Assembly: GCA_010093605.1 (NCBI GenBank) | Contig: MU004190.1 | Span: forward strand, 1,054,001-1,118,000 | Reading direction: 5' to 3' | Length of the DNA: 64,000 nt | DNA from: Lophium mytilinum | Lineage: Eukaryota | Part shown: piece by piece, positions 36,151-51,300 of the stretch | Layout: each line of letters starts with the position of its first letter | How positions within the stretch are numbered: the first letter of the stretch is position 1 | The notes under the pieces: generated by a model | What the model saw: the letters and a program-made list of their open reading frames with translations, nothing else | What the model was told of the DNA's origin: nothing | Database searches by the model: none | Position numbers and translations under genes: made by a program

Positions 36151-36451
36151 GATAAATGGCGGGGACGCGCTCTTCAATAAGAAGTAGAGACGCGTAAAGT
36201 GTTCTGCTCCGGAAGACCACGGCGAGAGAGTCAATGACGACTCTTCTGTGGGAGGGTCTGGAGGGAGAGAGGTGGTGTTGAGGGCTGAGAGGGAAATTCT
36301 GGAGGCGAAGGGCGAGGTCGGCGCAGAAGGCGGGACCGTGAAGCCGAGGAGAAGTTAGGCCGGTCCATTTGGGCGACTTGGGGCATTTGCGCGGCGGCAA
36401 TTGGCTGTCCCATGGTTCTTTCACTAAATTTCAAAGCGCGCTACGAAAATA

Positions 36452-36565
36452 CAGTCTCCCCCCCTGTACGGACTGGACACGACCGTGCGTAGAACAGGGG
36501 ATTTTACATACAAAAACCCTTGTTTTGCGCACGGTCGTGTCCAGTCCGTACAGGGGGGGAGACTG
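36452..36565. mobile_element. MITE-like hairpin element (Tc1/mariner-pogo type), 114 bp, TA target duplication
   Basis: Perfect 38-bp terminal inverted repeats (36452-36489 / 36528-36565) starting CAGT, flanked by TA on both sides; imperfect pairing continues inward. Confidence 0.8.
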
Positions 36566-36660
36566 TATGTCGTCTTGGTCGAGCACGCCATCGATCTGCT
36601 GCAGGGACCACAGCCACTGCAAACGGTGCAAACGTCGGCCCCGCGGGATCATTCAGCCGA

Positions 36661-36672
36661 GGTCATGTGACC
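36661..36672 (-). promoter_or_regulatory. Possible Cbf1-type E-box (RTCACRTG) upstream of MET10
   Basis: GGTCACATGACC on the minus strand; Cbf1 sites are known at yeast MET promoters, but a short motif can occur by chance. Confidence 0.3.
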
Positions 36673-36882
36673 TTGAGCTGCGGCGATCTGTTCGGAGGTG
36701 AGCTCGTCCCAATAAGCTCCCCCCTCTCAGTACAACACCGTGTTCACAGCAAGCGCTTTAGGCCGTGACTCGAAAGCCCTACATTTGGGCTCTTCGTATG
36801 CCAGGCTTCCTTGTTAAATCTTTATTTACCTGAAGCTCTCCCCTTTTATACTTCAATACAGACTCGATCAAATACCGCCATC

Positions 36883-39082
<2,200 letters not shown>

Positions 39083-39821
39083 GACATAGGCCTTTTTGAA
39101 GAATCAAGATCGTGGGTCTGCGAATTTTGGGGATTATTTGCTGCATAGCATGGTCATTCGGGTGTTTCGAAAAGTAGGTTTGGAAAAACTTTCATATCAT
39201 GTGCAATCCTCAGTATTAATCTTGAGGAGACGTCGAGAAAAGCAAACATTATCGTACTAGTTCCAGTACACGTGTTATCGCGAGATGTATTTGAAGAGGA
39301 TACATGAACAGACCGCAGCGATGAATCAAAACCAAAAGCAAAACAACATACAAGTACCATTGACAGCCTCTCATGTATCAAGCGCCTCTAAGAACGGGGA
39401 AAGCTGCAAGAACCAGGAAACACCATGGCCCGCGCTTGTGGAAAGGCGACGTGATCGCAGGTACTGGTATATGTTCCTTTCTGTATTAGACTTCTCACCA
39501 AGTTGCATTCCCAGCCAGCCTCACTTGCATACGTGGATATGCTCACCTACGACGTGCACGAGCATTCCCGTATTGCGGTCAGACGAGATTAAAGTTGGTT
39601 TCAAGTATGCGCGGCCTTGATATGAGTTGATGGGCTTGTCGCCTTAGCAGCGTTGGTGGAGACCTTTGCAGGTTCTGGAACATCCAGTCCGCGTCTTCCA
39701 TGTCATTTGACAGTACTACCTAGGCCATAAGTCCAGACACACGGACCTAGTACCGCTCAGCTTCAACCTTGCTTCTTTAACGCCACTGCGAGGGGTGGCC
39801 TGGCCAGTCTGTAGCCAGTGA

Positions 39822-40105
39822 GCCAGAAAGCAGTCTGATTCACACTGCCTGGAACTTACCATTGAACCTCCCGTCAACCTCCCCGCCCCACTCGAGGTCC
39901 CTTCGCAAACCAATCCCCAGATCCCTGCGTCCCGGCCAGCCAACAAAGAGGAGGAAGTGGACGTCAAGCCCATCATTCAGGTATCTGTGTTCTCAAGGCA
40001 GGAGGAAGAGGACCTTCTCAGTCTCTAAATCAAGAAAGCTGAAGCCGAGGCGCTCGTCACCGCTCTACGGTTGAAGGTGGCTGAAGCGCAAGAGGCGACG
40101 AAACT
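39822..40105 (+). pseudogene. Probable decayed coding fragment
   Basis: Protein-like frame (...KEEEVDVKPIIQ...EEEDLLSL*IKKAEAEALVTALRLKVAEAQE) with in-frame TAA at 40026, followed by a GTAAGT...CTGAC...TAG intron. Confidence 0.35.
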
Positions 40106-40703
40106 GTAAGTTTTTGTTAAAACTGAATGGGAACAGGATACTGACTTCTGTTCTAGCGGAGGGATGGCAGAGCATTCCTAGATTCTTGAGTGGTCGACAC
40201 AACTGAGAAGGGGGCCCCAGCTAGGTAGCAGCTAGTGATTCAGGGATTTGTCAGACTTACACTGCCTGGAATTTGGCATTGCGCCCAGGATTATGAGACC
40301 TCATGTATTAGCCCCAGGAAGTGGCAAGGGAGTGTGCACAGATGTACCTCTAGCTTGTCGGTGGATATACCAAAACCTCATAGGAATGGCCACATTGGAT
40401 AGCAATGAGAAGTAGTAAACCCATTTCGACAATGAAGACTCATGAAGGCTGTTCCCAGTAGTAGTACGCTATCATTGATATTACAATACTTTTTATTGTA
40501 TATTATACACCTACATTTATTCAGCAGCTTACAACGATCGCTTGACGACGCCATATCCCTTTTTTTAAAAAAATGTTTCAATCAATCAAGGTAATACACC
40601 AAGTTTCTCAGCTCATCGACGGTAAAAATGAACTCCTTTCTTATATCTCACTAGGTGCCGACACCTACCTCCATGGGGTAACTGAAGACCTAGTCGCAAG
40701 AAC

Positions 40704-42050
40704 CTAGACGGAAATGGTATTCAGTTGCATCAAAATCTACAAGATGTTAACTCTATTTTGGTATTTGGAGAATCAGAACCAAACCTTCTCAATATATCTT
40801 ACGCCAACAAGAATACCATCCACGTCTTCAAACTCAGATTCGTCCCCGAAGTCCGCGTTGTCTGGATCCAGGCACGTCAGGCACGTCTCGACAACACTGG
40901 CGTACTTTGATCCCATGCGCCTCGGGAGCGCGCGTCGTGCGAGCGCTCGAAAGTGCTCCTTGACCAGAGAGGGATCGTGAAGCTCACGGCTTCCAAGCGA
41001 TAGCTCGAGCGCCGACGAGGGGCGAAGAGTCCGAGAACTCGACTTTCCAGGCGCATAGTCGACGAAAGACTCCCAAAGTCCAAGTTCCAGTAAGCAGACT
41101 CCCAAGCTGTAGATGTCATGCTGCATCACGTAGTCCTCCATCGGAGTCTCGCCTTGTCGGCACGGATGCCTGTATATATTTCGTTCCCAGGCAGTGTCAC
41201 CTGCGCGAGCGGTGACGCCTTCTGCAGCACGAACGTGCTCGAAGCCTACGAGATACGCGTGTCCCACCGACCCGTCTTTAGGTTTCAGCATGAGGATGTT
41301 GTCTGGGCGGACGTTCTTATGCACGAAGCCGAAGGTGTGGATGTAGCCGACCGATTTAGCTAGCTGGCTGGCGATTACGAACCGATCAGAGAGCGAATGG
41401 TCAAGATCTCTCTCTACTAGTAAACTACGAAGGCTTTTAGGGTTCGAATACCCGTCAGGCATCCTGAAGGCGAAGGTGAACGCGGAAGGGTGCTATGAAG
41501 GTGGCTCAAAGTGCTTAATGACCCCCTTGCAGCTTAGAAGCCCGAAGGTAAATGGGTCCGCGTGGGACAGTTTTCTGGCAAGTTCTCGTACATTCTTGGT
41601 AAAGGCTGTAATGCTAACGTTGTTTGGACAGTGTATCGATTTCAGGACTAGCTCTCTGCCTCCGTTTGATCTTTGTGCTGCCCGTGCTGGGCTTGAAGGG
41701 ATGTCCACAGGGGTAAGGTCCAAGATGCCCTCTTCTGGCAGCCATATAGAAGGCACATTCTGTAGCTTGGGATTCAACGCAAGCTTGAGCGAGTGGGTGG
41801 TTGATATGGCTTTCTGGCCGGGGCTTCTGCTGTGTCGGACTAGTTCCTCGTCCATTTGAGGTATAGCGGCCTTTATAATCAGGTACCAGGACGGGTCGAA
41901 GATTCCCTGCCAGGTTTCGAGATCATCGATAGCCTTGTTCAACCTCTCCTCTGAACGTGCGTACTTCCCCCTCTTTACTCGTGACGTCTGTTGGGTCTGA
42001 TCTGAGCCGTCGCCCTCCATCATAGACTTTAGCATTGTATTCGTAACATT
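40704..42050 (-). pseudogene. Fungal HeLo/HET-s-associated kinase-like gene, 5'-truncated with an in-frame stop
   Basis: WQGIFDPSW, FVHKNVRPDNIL, YLVGFE, YRHP, HDIYSLGVCLLELGLWESF, GVRYIEK|ILMQLNTISV*; the two ORFs are in one frame separated by TAG at 41493-41495. Confidence 0.75.
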
Positions 42051-42435
42051 TAGTTGTCAGAGGGAGCCTGGCTGTTGAACTACCAGTTAGTCAAGAGGTA
42101 GTGTAATATGTACTGCTTGAACCTCAATATCGGCAGTACTAGGCTACAAAGTATGGGCACTTGAAGTTATATTTACTTTGCTCGGACTTTGCTCACTCGA
42201 CACCATTGTTAGGGGTGCTCTGCCTGTTGAACAGCCAGATCGCCAAAAGATAGTCTAATCTGTAGTGCTTGGACCTCGACATCGCCGCTGATCTTGGAAT
42301 TCATGTGGGGGCACCCCAAGCAGTGGTGAACCAATGTGCCCAGACTTGTGGCCTGTCACTGTACTAGCCCGCAGGTTACGTTAGAAAGTCCGTATAGTAA
42401 GCTTGTATCAGTGTTTTCGTCCGCTTCTATCAGTG

Positions 42436-44664
42436 TTATAAAGGACGCGAGTCAAGAGCCGAGAACAGATTATCCCAGCTGAGAGAATCAGGATTCGGCT
42501 CGCCCTGTATTGCGGCTTGCCAAAAATCTTCGAAGGAAGTGTCGAGAGTAAAGCCTGGCTCTTGCGCGTCCATGTCCTGACCCACACGAGGGGCTTGCAA
42601 TTGGCCATGCTCATCAGAGTTGCTGAAAGCGCCGAATACGCTATCTTGAGCAAAGCCAGCAACACTGTCCGGCTCCAGCGTGGTCGGGTCAGCAAGGAGT
42701 ACCTCATGCTTCCTCAAAACCTCGGTCAAACTCCCCAGAAACCTCTCCAGCAGCGGCGATACATTTCCCGCATCCTCAAACATCTGTAAAGTCTTCTTAA
42801 CCTCCGCCTTTATCTCCGCCTCGTCTGCCGCATCTCGATTGAAGCACAAATCCATCACCATAACTACCAGCGCAAGATGCGTAAAGTGGACTGCCATTCC
42901 CATGAGTTCCGGCACCGTGGATGGTACGTCGTGGCAACGGAGATCTGCGTAAGCCTGAAGGACTACACGTGCGGATTCCAGGCATACGTGTCTTGAATAG
43001 GCGTAACGAGGATCGGTAGACTGCCGAAGGAGGAATCTTTGGTGGAGTTTGCAGCGCCTGCTGTGAGCTTCTATTGTAATGCAGTACCGTGAAATAGGGA
43101 TTGCTGGGTACATGGCCTCGAGGGCCTTACTTTCCCTACGACTTTTGGCGTCGAGTTTGAAGAAGAAGGGGAGGCTTGAGTTGAAGTCTTGCAGCTTTCG
43201 GTCCAGGGCGATGATTTTCTCGTACGGCAGCTGCAGCAGCTTGCTTGTCTCTAGCGGTACTGTATCGGCCATTTCGCGGCACAGATGGGCGAGGCGAACT
43301 CTTTCGAGGAAGAAGGTCATACCAGTCGGCTGAGGCGCGATTGTCAACTCAATTTCCTTGAAGAAGATGAGATCGTCGTCGTTGCAGTCTTTAGGAAGCT
43401 TGACGTTCACATGATTTGGATGGATGAAGTACATGCCTTCTTGAGGACCAGAAATGGTTGCGAAGAGCCTGACAGAGAGTAAGCGAGGAAGGAGGTTGGG
43501 GCAAAGAAGCACCGCGCGCACCAGTCTGTAGATGCTATGTGCCAAAAAACCCTTCGTTTGACTTCGCGATCAACTAGGGTACGAGGGTTCGTCTCGTTCT
43601 CAGTTGCGGATGACTCGTTATTGGCGTCCAGTTGGTGTAAACGAAGCTCTCTAGCGATTGATAGCGCAGCTGTCGACAGAAGACGACCTCTTGCAGAGAA
43701 ACCATCTAGGTGATAGGTGACCAACGATATTAGTACATAAGCTTGGACGTCTTCCAGAATGCCTGAGGTATTTCGGCGTGAGTAATCTAGCACATCCAGT
43801 GCGCCTCTACTCAACGCCTTGGATAGGTGGATAGCGTCTTGTTGAGTGATCGCGACTTCAGAATGCGCAAAGGGCTGATAGAAATACGCAGCGAGGGCGA
43901 AAAGAGATAGCAATAGAGCAGCTTGACCGGGTAAGACAGGCTCATTTTGAGTGATCTGTAGGTAGACAGTCCTTACAAGGGAGCGGAGTGTTGGGATGTG
44001 TAGTATCCTGCACAAATGGTCGACATTGGACTCGTAGCTCTGAAAGAGTAGAGTTGCTATTCTGTAAGTTGGGAATATGGCAATGGTGTCGTTCGGTGGC
44101 CCAATGTTGGAACTTCGAGCGGAATGTTGTAGATCGGCTTGTGTGGCGTGAAGTTCGTACGCGCCACTTATTTTAAGAACTAGGCTATTTGACAACGGAG
44201 GGAGCTATTCATTATTGAAAAAATGAGTATAGGAAGTGAAGCTCAAAGTGTGATGAAATAAAATCACATACGAGCGAATCCTCTCTTGTCCCGACATTCT
44301 CAAGCCATCGTGAATCTTGGTCTCGCTTTTGGTCGATGTTGGGTAAGACGATACTTCTGGGAGGGCGGTAAAGCGGCTGTTGTCTTGCAACCCTACTGTC
44401 ATCTAATGGATTTGTTGAATGAGTATCGGTGGGCCCTGTCTGATTTAAGACGATAGACTCTAGTCGATCAATGCGAGCCCGTAGTTCCGCGCTACTTTGG
44501 ACTGTAGACGTTGTGATTGTCGGTCCTTGTGGCGGAACCAGGAAGTTGCAGGTTATGCCGCGAGCAGCGCAATTGGAGCATGGCTGAGCCCGATTGCACT
44601 TCAATTTTTTCGATCGACATGATTGGCATGAAACTGGATCTGGACGGACTCTGTTCCTCTGCAT
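42436..44664 (-). CDS. Zn(II)2Cys6 fungal transcription factor, 2 introns
   Basis: CQSCRSKKLKCNRAQPCSNCAARGITC; middle homology region ARELRLHQLD...REVKRRVFWHIASTDW. Confidence 0.93.
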
Positions 44665-45201
44665 GCCTCAAGGATAAGCGACGTGATAGGAATAAAGATT
44701 ACTCAAAGAAGAGGGAGGAAGTACGGTCCATGGAAGTAGGCGGTAGATAGGTACTTTAGATCTGAGTATTACTAAAACTCGAACCAATTTCCCCCAAACG
44801 CCAGGTTTGTCAGCAATGCCCCGGCACGCCCTGGTGAGAAACAATCGGACGCTTTTTCGCGCCAAGGCCTCGCGGGTAATGGCTAGGCAGCTTTGGAACC
44901 GCGGAGCCTTTTCGGTATAGAGTAATTTAGATATACTATATAGAAAGGATTAACAGTAGGGTAATAGAGTAGACTTAAAGATTAATAGGTACATAATATC
45001 ATAATCCTAGAGCATCGATTGGAGAGCATAGAGAAATTGGTATTGGGATAGAATGCGGTATTGAGGAATTGAAGAAATGCACGAACAGTCGGAGTTTGTG
45101 GGTGTGGGAGAAGGTCTTTTAGTAAACATACTTATCCATATCCCCTCAAAGACGTCGCGTACTTCATATCTGTACGTTGCTTCGATCTCCCCGCTTCAAA
45201 A

Positions 45202-46181
45202 TCAAGGGCTCTTATACACATACCCAAATTCCTTCTGTGCACTTTTCAGCGCCTCCCTCAATGGTCCCTCTCTCTCCTCCCATCCCTTCGGGTCCGCCTC
45301 CTTCATCTCTTGCATCTTCGCCTGTCCAAACCGGAACGGCTCTCCACTAGGCACGCACATACCCTTCTTCACAGCCGACCTCTTCCAAACACGTTCCCAC
45401 CAAGCATAGACATTCGGGAACTTACTTAAATGTACACCACCGACCTCTGTTACATCGGCAAACGGCCAGACCGCTATGTCAGCAATGCTGTACCGACCGC
45501 GACCAGCACCAGCGATGTAATCGCGGTCTGCAAGACGGGCATCAAGGACGCCATAATTCCGCTCCACTTCGCCTACGAAGCGCTGGATGTGAAATGGGTG
45601 GCGCTCTGGATGGAAACGGTAGCTGAAGTTTGCTTGTGCTTGCATGGGACCTAACATGTCATCAGCCATCATCATCGGCAGTAACAATAGCAATTCTACC
45701 CTCGCATGTTTAAGTCTTACGGGTAAAAGATGAATGAACCATACCTAAACCAGCGTGCAGCCAAGCAACCCACTGCTCACACGTACACGCTTCGAAGGCA
45801 TCCTCAAAGCTGAATTTGTAATCCGGGTCATAGTGTCGCGTAAGGTAGTTGAGGATTGCTGCGCCCTCGAAGACAGCGTAGCCGCCTTTATCGTGGTCGA
45901 CGATGGTGGGGATGCGACCATTTGGACTGAGTTTAGTGTACCAGGCCTGTTTTTGAACGTTCTCGTAGATGTCAATGGTTTGAGTCGTGTATTCAATGCC
46001 ATATGCTTCTTTCAGTTCTTCGAGGAGGATGGCGACTTTGAAGCCTTGTGTGGAGATTGTAAGTACATGCTAGAGGGGTTGAGAAATGGTTGAATAGTAA
46101 AATACCATTGGGTGTGCCAAAGGTGAGGAGCTCGATGCCCTTGTTGGCGATGAGGCCTGTCGGCGTGGAGAATTGTGCCAT
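45202..46181 (-). CDS. Glutathione S-transferase (Ure2p/YfcG-like), with introns
   Basis: GIELLTFGTPNG, GRIPTIVDHD...FEGAAILNYL, GPMQAQAN, RYSIADIAVWPF. Confidence 0.9.
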
Positions 46182-46484
46182 TATGCTAGTGCGGGTTGAC
46201 TTCGAATAGCGGAGGTGATAGCCTAGGTAAAAGTGTCGCCCTCCAGCGCCGGCGAAATGGCCGGAAAGTATACAGATATCAGCTGTTGGGGGATAGCTTA
46301 AGGTTGTAAAAGCAGAAGGTTCAAGTATTCTATTAAGTATGTTAGAAGAAGATACGGGTGCGCTTCGCTTACTTGAATACACCTTCTGATACTAATTTGC
46401 ATAGAGGGAAGTAGCTTCCTATAGTTATTTTGAGTAATATATGCGGTGATGGTGGTATGGGAGGCTGTCGGGGGCCCACGGAGG

Positions 46485-46742
46485 TCCGCGGAGGCTTGGC
46501 GAGCTAATATGGCAACCCATCGAACGAAACAAGAGCAAACAAAACTCGGCGAGAAACGAAACCCTGCGGCTGCTGATAGCAGTCGCCGGTCTAACGTGGT
46601 TAGATTACCTGTCACCCCGCACCAGGCTGTGGTTGGACAACTCAGCGGACTCAACTCATGCCTGACCGAAACAACTGCGTGATTGCAACCTGATCCGGGT
46701 TGGGATGAATCCTGTGAGTACCTGAAAGCGGACGTCCGCGGA
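46485..46742. promoter_or_regulatory. Two PDRE-like TCCGCGGA palindromes in the GST/reductase divergent promoter
   Basis: TCCGCGGA at 46485-46492 and 46735-46742; everted CGG repeats are typical Zn2Cys6 sites. Confidence 0.45.
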
Positions 46743-46878
46743 ATGAAAGCATCGCTGATGAGGTTGGATAGAGGGAGGACTTGATAAAAAGCCGTTAAAA
46801 CATCGTTGGTAGAAACTATACTTTTCTATTCGAAGACAATCGAAGCGTCCAGGCTCCTGCATACCTGAAACCATCGCC

Positions 46879-48049
46879 ATGCCCAAACAAGTCATTGTCC
46901 ACAGTTCTCTTGACATCGTCGATTTTACCGACACCCCAATTCCTACTCCGAAGGAAAAGGAAGTCGTTATCAAGGTTGTTGTGTCCGGCACAAACCCAAA
47001 GGACTGGAAGTATCCGCTATGGTATGTCGTTTTCGTGCGTCAGTCTGGACCATAATGTTTACATCCTGCATAGGAAGAACTGGCCCCACAATAGCGGTGA
47101 TGACATTGCTGGCATTGTCCATTCCGTTGGCAAGGACGTCTATGAATTCACACCGGGCGACCGCGTAGCAGCTCTGCATGCATTCCAACAAGAGAACGGC
47201 AGTTTTGCAGAATACGCCACGGCGCCAGACTGGACGACCTTCCACGTTCCACTAAACCTATCTTTTGAAGAAGCTGGCACGATTCCTCTTTCGGCTATCA
47301 CCGCTGCAGTTGCGTTGTATGTCGATATGAGACTTCCACCGCCTTGGAATCCGAGGAAGCCTTCCGAGGAGAGGACGCCAATTCTCATTTATGGCGTTAC
47401 GTCCGCAGTCGGTGCATTCGCAGCGAAATACGCCCAGCTCTCCGGTCTTGGTCCCATCATTGGAGTTGCTGGCCGCGCTAGCGATTTCGCGAAGACCTTG
47501 GTTGACCACGTGGTTGACTACCGCAATGGCGAAGACGCGCTTGTCGCGGCTGTTGAAGAGTTTCTTGCAAAGAAAGGTCTGGGCAGCAAGGTTCCTAATG
47601 TTTTTGACGCAATAAGCGAGGATGGGTCATTCGAAGCAACTCTGCGATTTATCGATCCGAGTGGCACTGTCAGCACCGTACTGCCTCCCAGGCTGTTCGC
47701 TAAGGATAAGAAGAACTTTAGATGGCCGCCTGGCATTAAAGCCTTTAATAGCGCTGCTCCTTTTGTTCATACAACCCTTCAGGACTTTGGGCATATCTGG
47801 TCGCGTTACCTGGGCCGGCTATTGGAAACCGGAGGGTTGAAGGCGCATCCCTTTGAGGTTATACCAGGTGGATTGAATGGTGTATTGATTGGATTGAGGA
47901 ACCTAAGGGATGGAAAGGCCAGTGCCGTCAAGTACGTTTACAGGATCGCGGACACGAAGGAGACTCCAGTTGGCAAACAACCCTTGGGGGACCCACACCA
48001 CCATAATACTCACCCACTAAGAAATTTCCCTTTCCCTCCGGAAGATTAG
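46879..48049 (+). CDS. MDR-family enoyl-reductase-like / quinone oxidoreductase, intron ~47023-47073
   Basis: GTNPKDWK, GDDIAGIV, GDRVAA, GSFAEYA, IYGVTSAVGAFA, GKASAVKYVY. Confidence 0.9.
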
Positions 48050-48346
48050 AACTTATTGAATAGTCTGGGCCTTGAAAGACCAGACTCCAAGCCAGGCAAT
48101 GATCGAATGCGTGACAGATTAGCTGATTCAGTAGAAAATGACAACGAATACTCATGAAGGTTGTTCCAAATACCTGATATACTACAATGGGCGAGTTGCA
48201 TCTACTCTAGCCCTGCCAAAACGCCAAAAGTGATACACAAACCAAACGACTTCGCTCCCTTAGAAATAGCCCATGAAAGGCCACATGCTGATCTACCGGC
48301 AGGTCCCCACGATCGCATACCTTACGTTCCTGAAGATAGTCTCAAT

Positions 48347-51300
48347 CTACACCGCCCCGAACCCCTTCGAGTTCTCCAACGCCAACCTCAGCTTCGTCTC
48401 CAGCTTTTCCCTCGTCTCGTACTCCGGCAGATTCAACCGCCCAAAGCACGTGCTACTCGTCGGCAGCTTATCCGTCGGCGCGTTACTCCTCACCACCGAA
48501 AACTGCATCTTCGCCGCGCCACCCACCGGGACTCTATCGCTCGCCGTAACAAATTCCAGTAGCCTTCTCTTATCATCGAGGTCAAACGTCTCGACCAGAT
48601 CCCAGAAAGCGAGGACGGTGGGGTGCGACGCCGTGTATCCTTCGTCGTATTTCGTAGCGCGCCGCAGCGCTGCAATGTCGATGTCATGGTGGCCTTCTAC
48701 GAGGAATTTGAGCGCGTCCTCGTTGAAGAGGTTGACGGCTTTCCAGTCGAGGCAGGTGTAGAAGCCCTTGGCGAAGGCGTTGAAGCGGGTGCGGATGCTG
48801 CGGTCTGTGAGGTAGTAGATGTAGTCGTCGACGTACTGTTCGCGGTTGGCGTTGGTGACGAGTTCAGCTTCGTTTTGGCCGTCGGGGAGTAGTCCGTCGA
48901 GCTCGTCCATGGCTGTGGTTGCAGAGTCATCTGGAGAACGAGGCAGGTCTTTATTGCATAACCCTACCGCAGAGTCGTCTTGCCACGGGCCGTCATGGGA
49001 GAAGGAGGCTGGGAAGGGTTTGGTGGTGAAATTTTCGTTGTGGTCATCTTTCGAACGGGGCCTACGGTCAGACTCAGACGCTCCCATATTAACGTCGATC
49101 CGGTTTCCGTTGGCCTCAAAGCTGAAGGAGTAGGTCCGAGAAAACACGTCGCCAACGTCACCGTCGGACCAAGAAAGCAGCTGATCGAACCCCCTAGCCA
49201 GCTCAGGCCACCCATCTCGGATATGACAGATGGATGTGACAGGTTTGTCGAGTAGGCGGCTGTAGAAAACTGTTGGGAATGTGACTGGAAGAGTGATTCC
49301 GTTGTAAATCGCCAATGAAAAGATGAGTCCAATGAGCTCGTAGCGATACAAAGGTTCCAGAGAGCCTGGCTGGAACCACGTCATTCGAGTCATCGGATCA
49401 ACGGTGAACATCCCTGGTGTATTTAGCCAAAGGTTCACTTTTCAAGCAGATCAGACTAAACAAACCTTTGCCGGGATCGAAGACCTCGACTAAGATGACT
49501 TGGAAAAACTCAAGGGAAACACCGCCTTGATCTAGTCCCTGTTCACCTTCGTGGTGTCCTAGTTTGACCTTCAAAGGTTTCCTAAAATTCCTCTTCTCTA
49601 AGCCCCATAGCTGATCGAATGTATCCTTCAATGGATCCGCTCTGCTAACGTCTAGGGCCAGATACCGCGAGAAAAGAACATGGAGTTTGTTCTCCATTGT
49701 ATACCAGAATTTCTCGTCATAGAACGAATGCAGTTGTCGCCGAAGGTGTTGCGTTCGCTCGGCTCGCTCGAACTCTTTGTACATGGATCTGTAATTGATC
49801 GTGCGGAAGAACGACACTACCCTCTGAGGATGAAACAAAAACGGGTATGATAGAAGGTGGAGGGTGTTAGGATTAGCTGAACGCTTCAACCATTCCGTTG
49901 GTGCATTGGCTTGATCCATGCGCTCGTGGAGATATTGGATTTGAAACATAGGGCTGTATAGATTTAAAGAATCGCGATGCTCGTCTACAATGGTTAGAAC
50001 GAGAATGAATTGGAAAAAGGGTAGACCTACAAAAATCACCCATGATTTCTATGGCACCTCCGACGGAGCTCCACCGGTGAACCTCGGATTTGCAGTCCCA
50101 TTGCTTGATGATGATAGTTCTTAGCCATTCGAAGAAGACAGAAGTTACGGTCCAACCGGGATCACGATCTGTATCCAGGTTCAAGCGGCTTTTACTCGCT
50201 TGCTGTTCTACAATCGCAAGATGTTGGACAACGACGTCCATCAATCCGAAAGTAGACTGCTTGGAATTTTGTTGCTCGCCTGCTTGGCGGGTCATCGTTA
50301 TCATAATCTCCGAGAAGCACCGGCGGGCAGCAATTCCCCGGACCAGTCGGTCTGCCAGCCTCAATGCAGGTTCGTATTCCAGGCCGTCGATGATGCCGAG
50401 CCATGGGTGCTTGAATTGATATTCCGTGTGGTTATGCACTTCGTGGGGAGCCCTTGGAAGGATGATACCCCAAGACCTTAGTTTTCTAACTTCTGCCCAG
50501 GTATGTGGCCAACCAACAGGAACTAAAGAAGTTAGAGCGTGGATGCAGATCATGACGATATGTGCTGCATCGCTATCGCTGAGGTAGGCTTTGTTCATTT
50601 CTAAGCTTGGGTAGACGAACAGATCGGCGAACCCGTCTACTTTGGGGGCCTTATACGCTGCTCGAAATCGTGGGAGTTTCTGGGCTACGATCTCTGGAGG
50701 AGGATTGAACAATGCCTCGGTAGCAATCCATAAGCTGTCAAATATAAGTGATCCATTACGCTGGTTCCAGGAGCGAAAAGCATGGCTTAGGCGACCAGGA
50801 TTGAGGTAAGGTAAAGGTGATTGCGCTCCTTCTTTCCAGTCTTCGTCACGGAAAGATCGCAGTAATGTGGCAGCGTCACTTAAGCTGTAGTAAAGAGACC
50901 GATTGACAAAGGGCATACTAGGTCGCAGTCTCGTTCTTTTGTCGTAATCGACGACGAATGAGAAGGCCGATGCTTCCCCATCGTCGCTCCGGCAATCACG
51001 AGTGTGGCTAGAAAGTTCGTCCATGACAGCGCACGTGAGGTGTGAAAAGACTGGGACTGCCACTCTGTCTCGTTTGCGGCGGTCAGAGGTTCGCTCCGCA
51101 CTTTGGTCTCGCTCTAAGCGTTGGTGGTCTGGAATCACTGCAGTGGCGGCTCTCGAGATATTCTTCGTCTCCCCACCCTTGATAGAAATGCCATTTGAGA
51201 GTTTGGTCGTGCCCATTGCACTGGACTTGGCAAAGTCGTTTCCACTGGCTCCGTCAAGGTTTGGATGAGTGGACGTCCTGGCCTGGCCGTTCGAATAGGG

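Noticed and set aside
40440..40600. AT-rich patch (also ~44920-45060) as a RIP-degraded transposon relic
   Set aside because: Too short and featureless to assign
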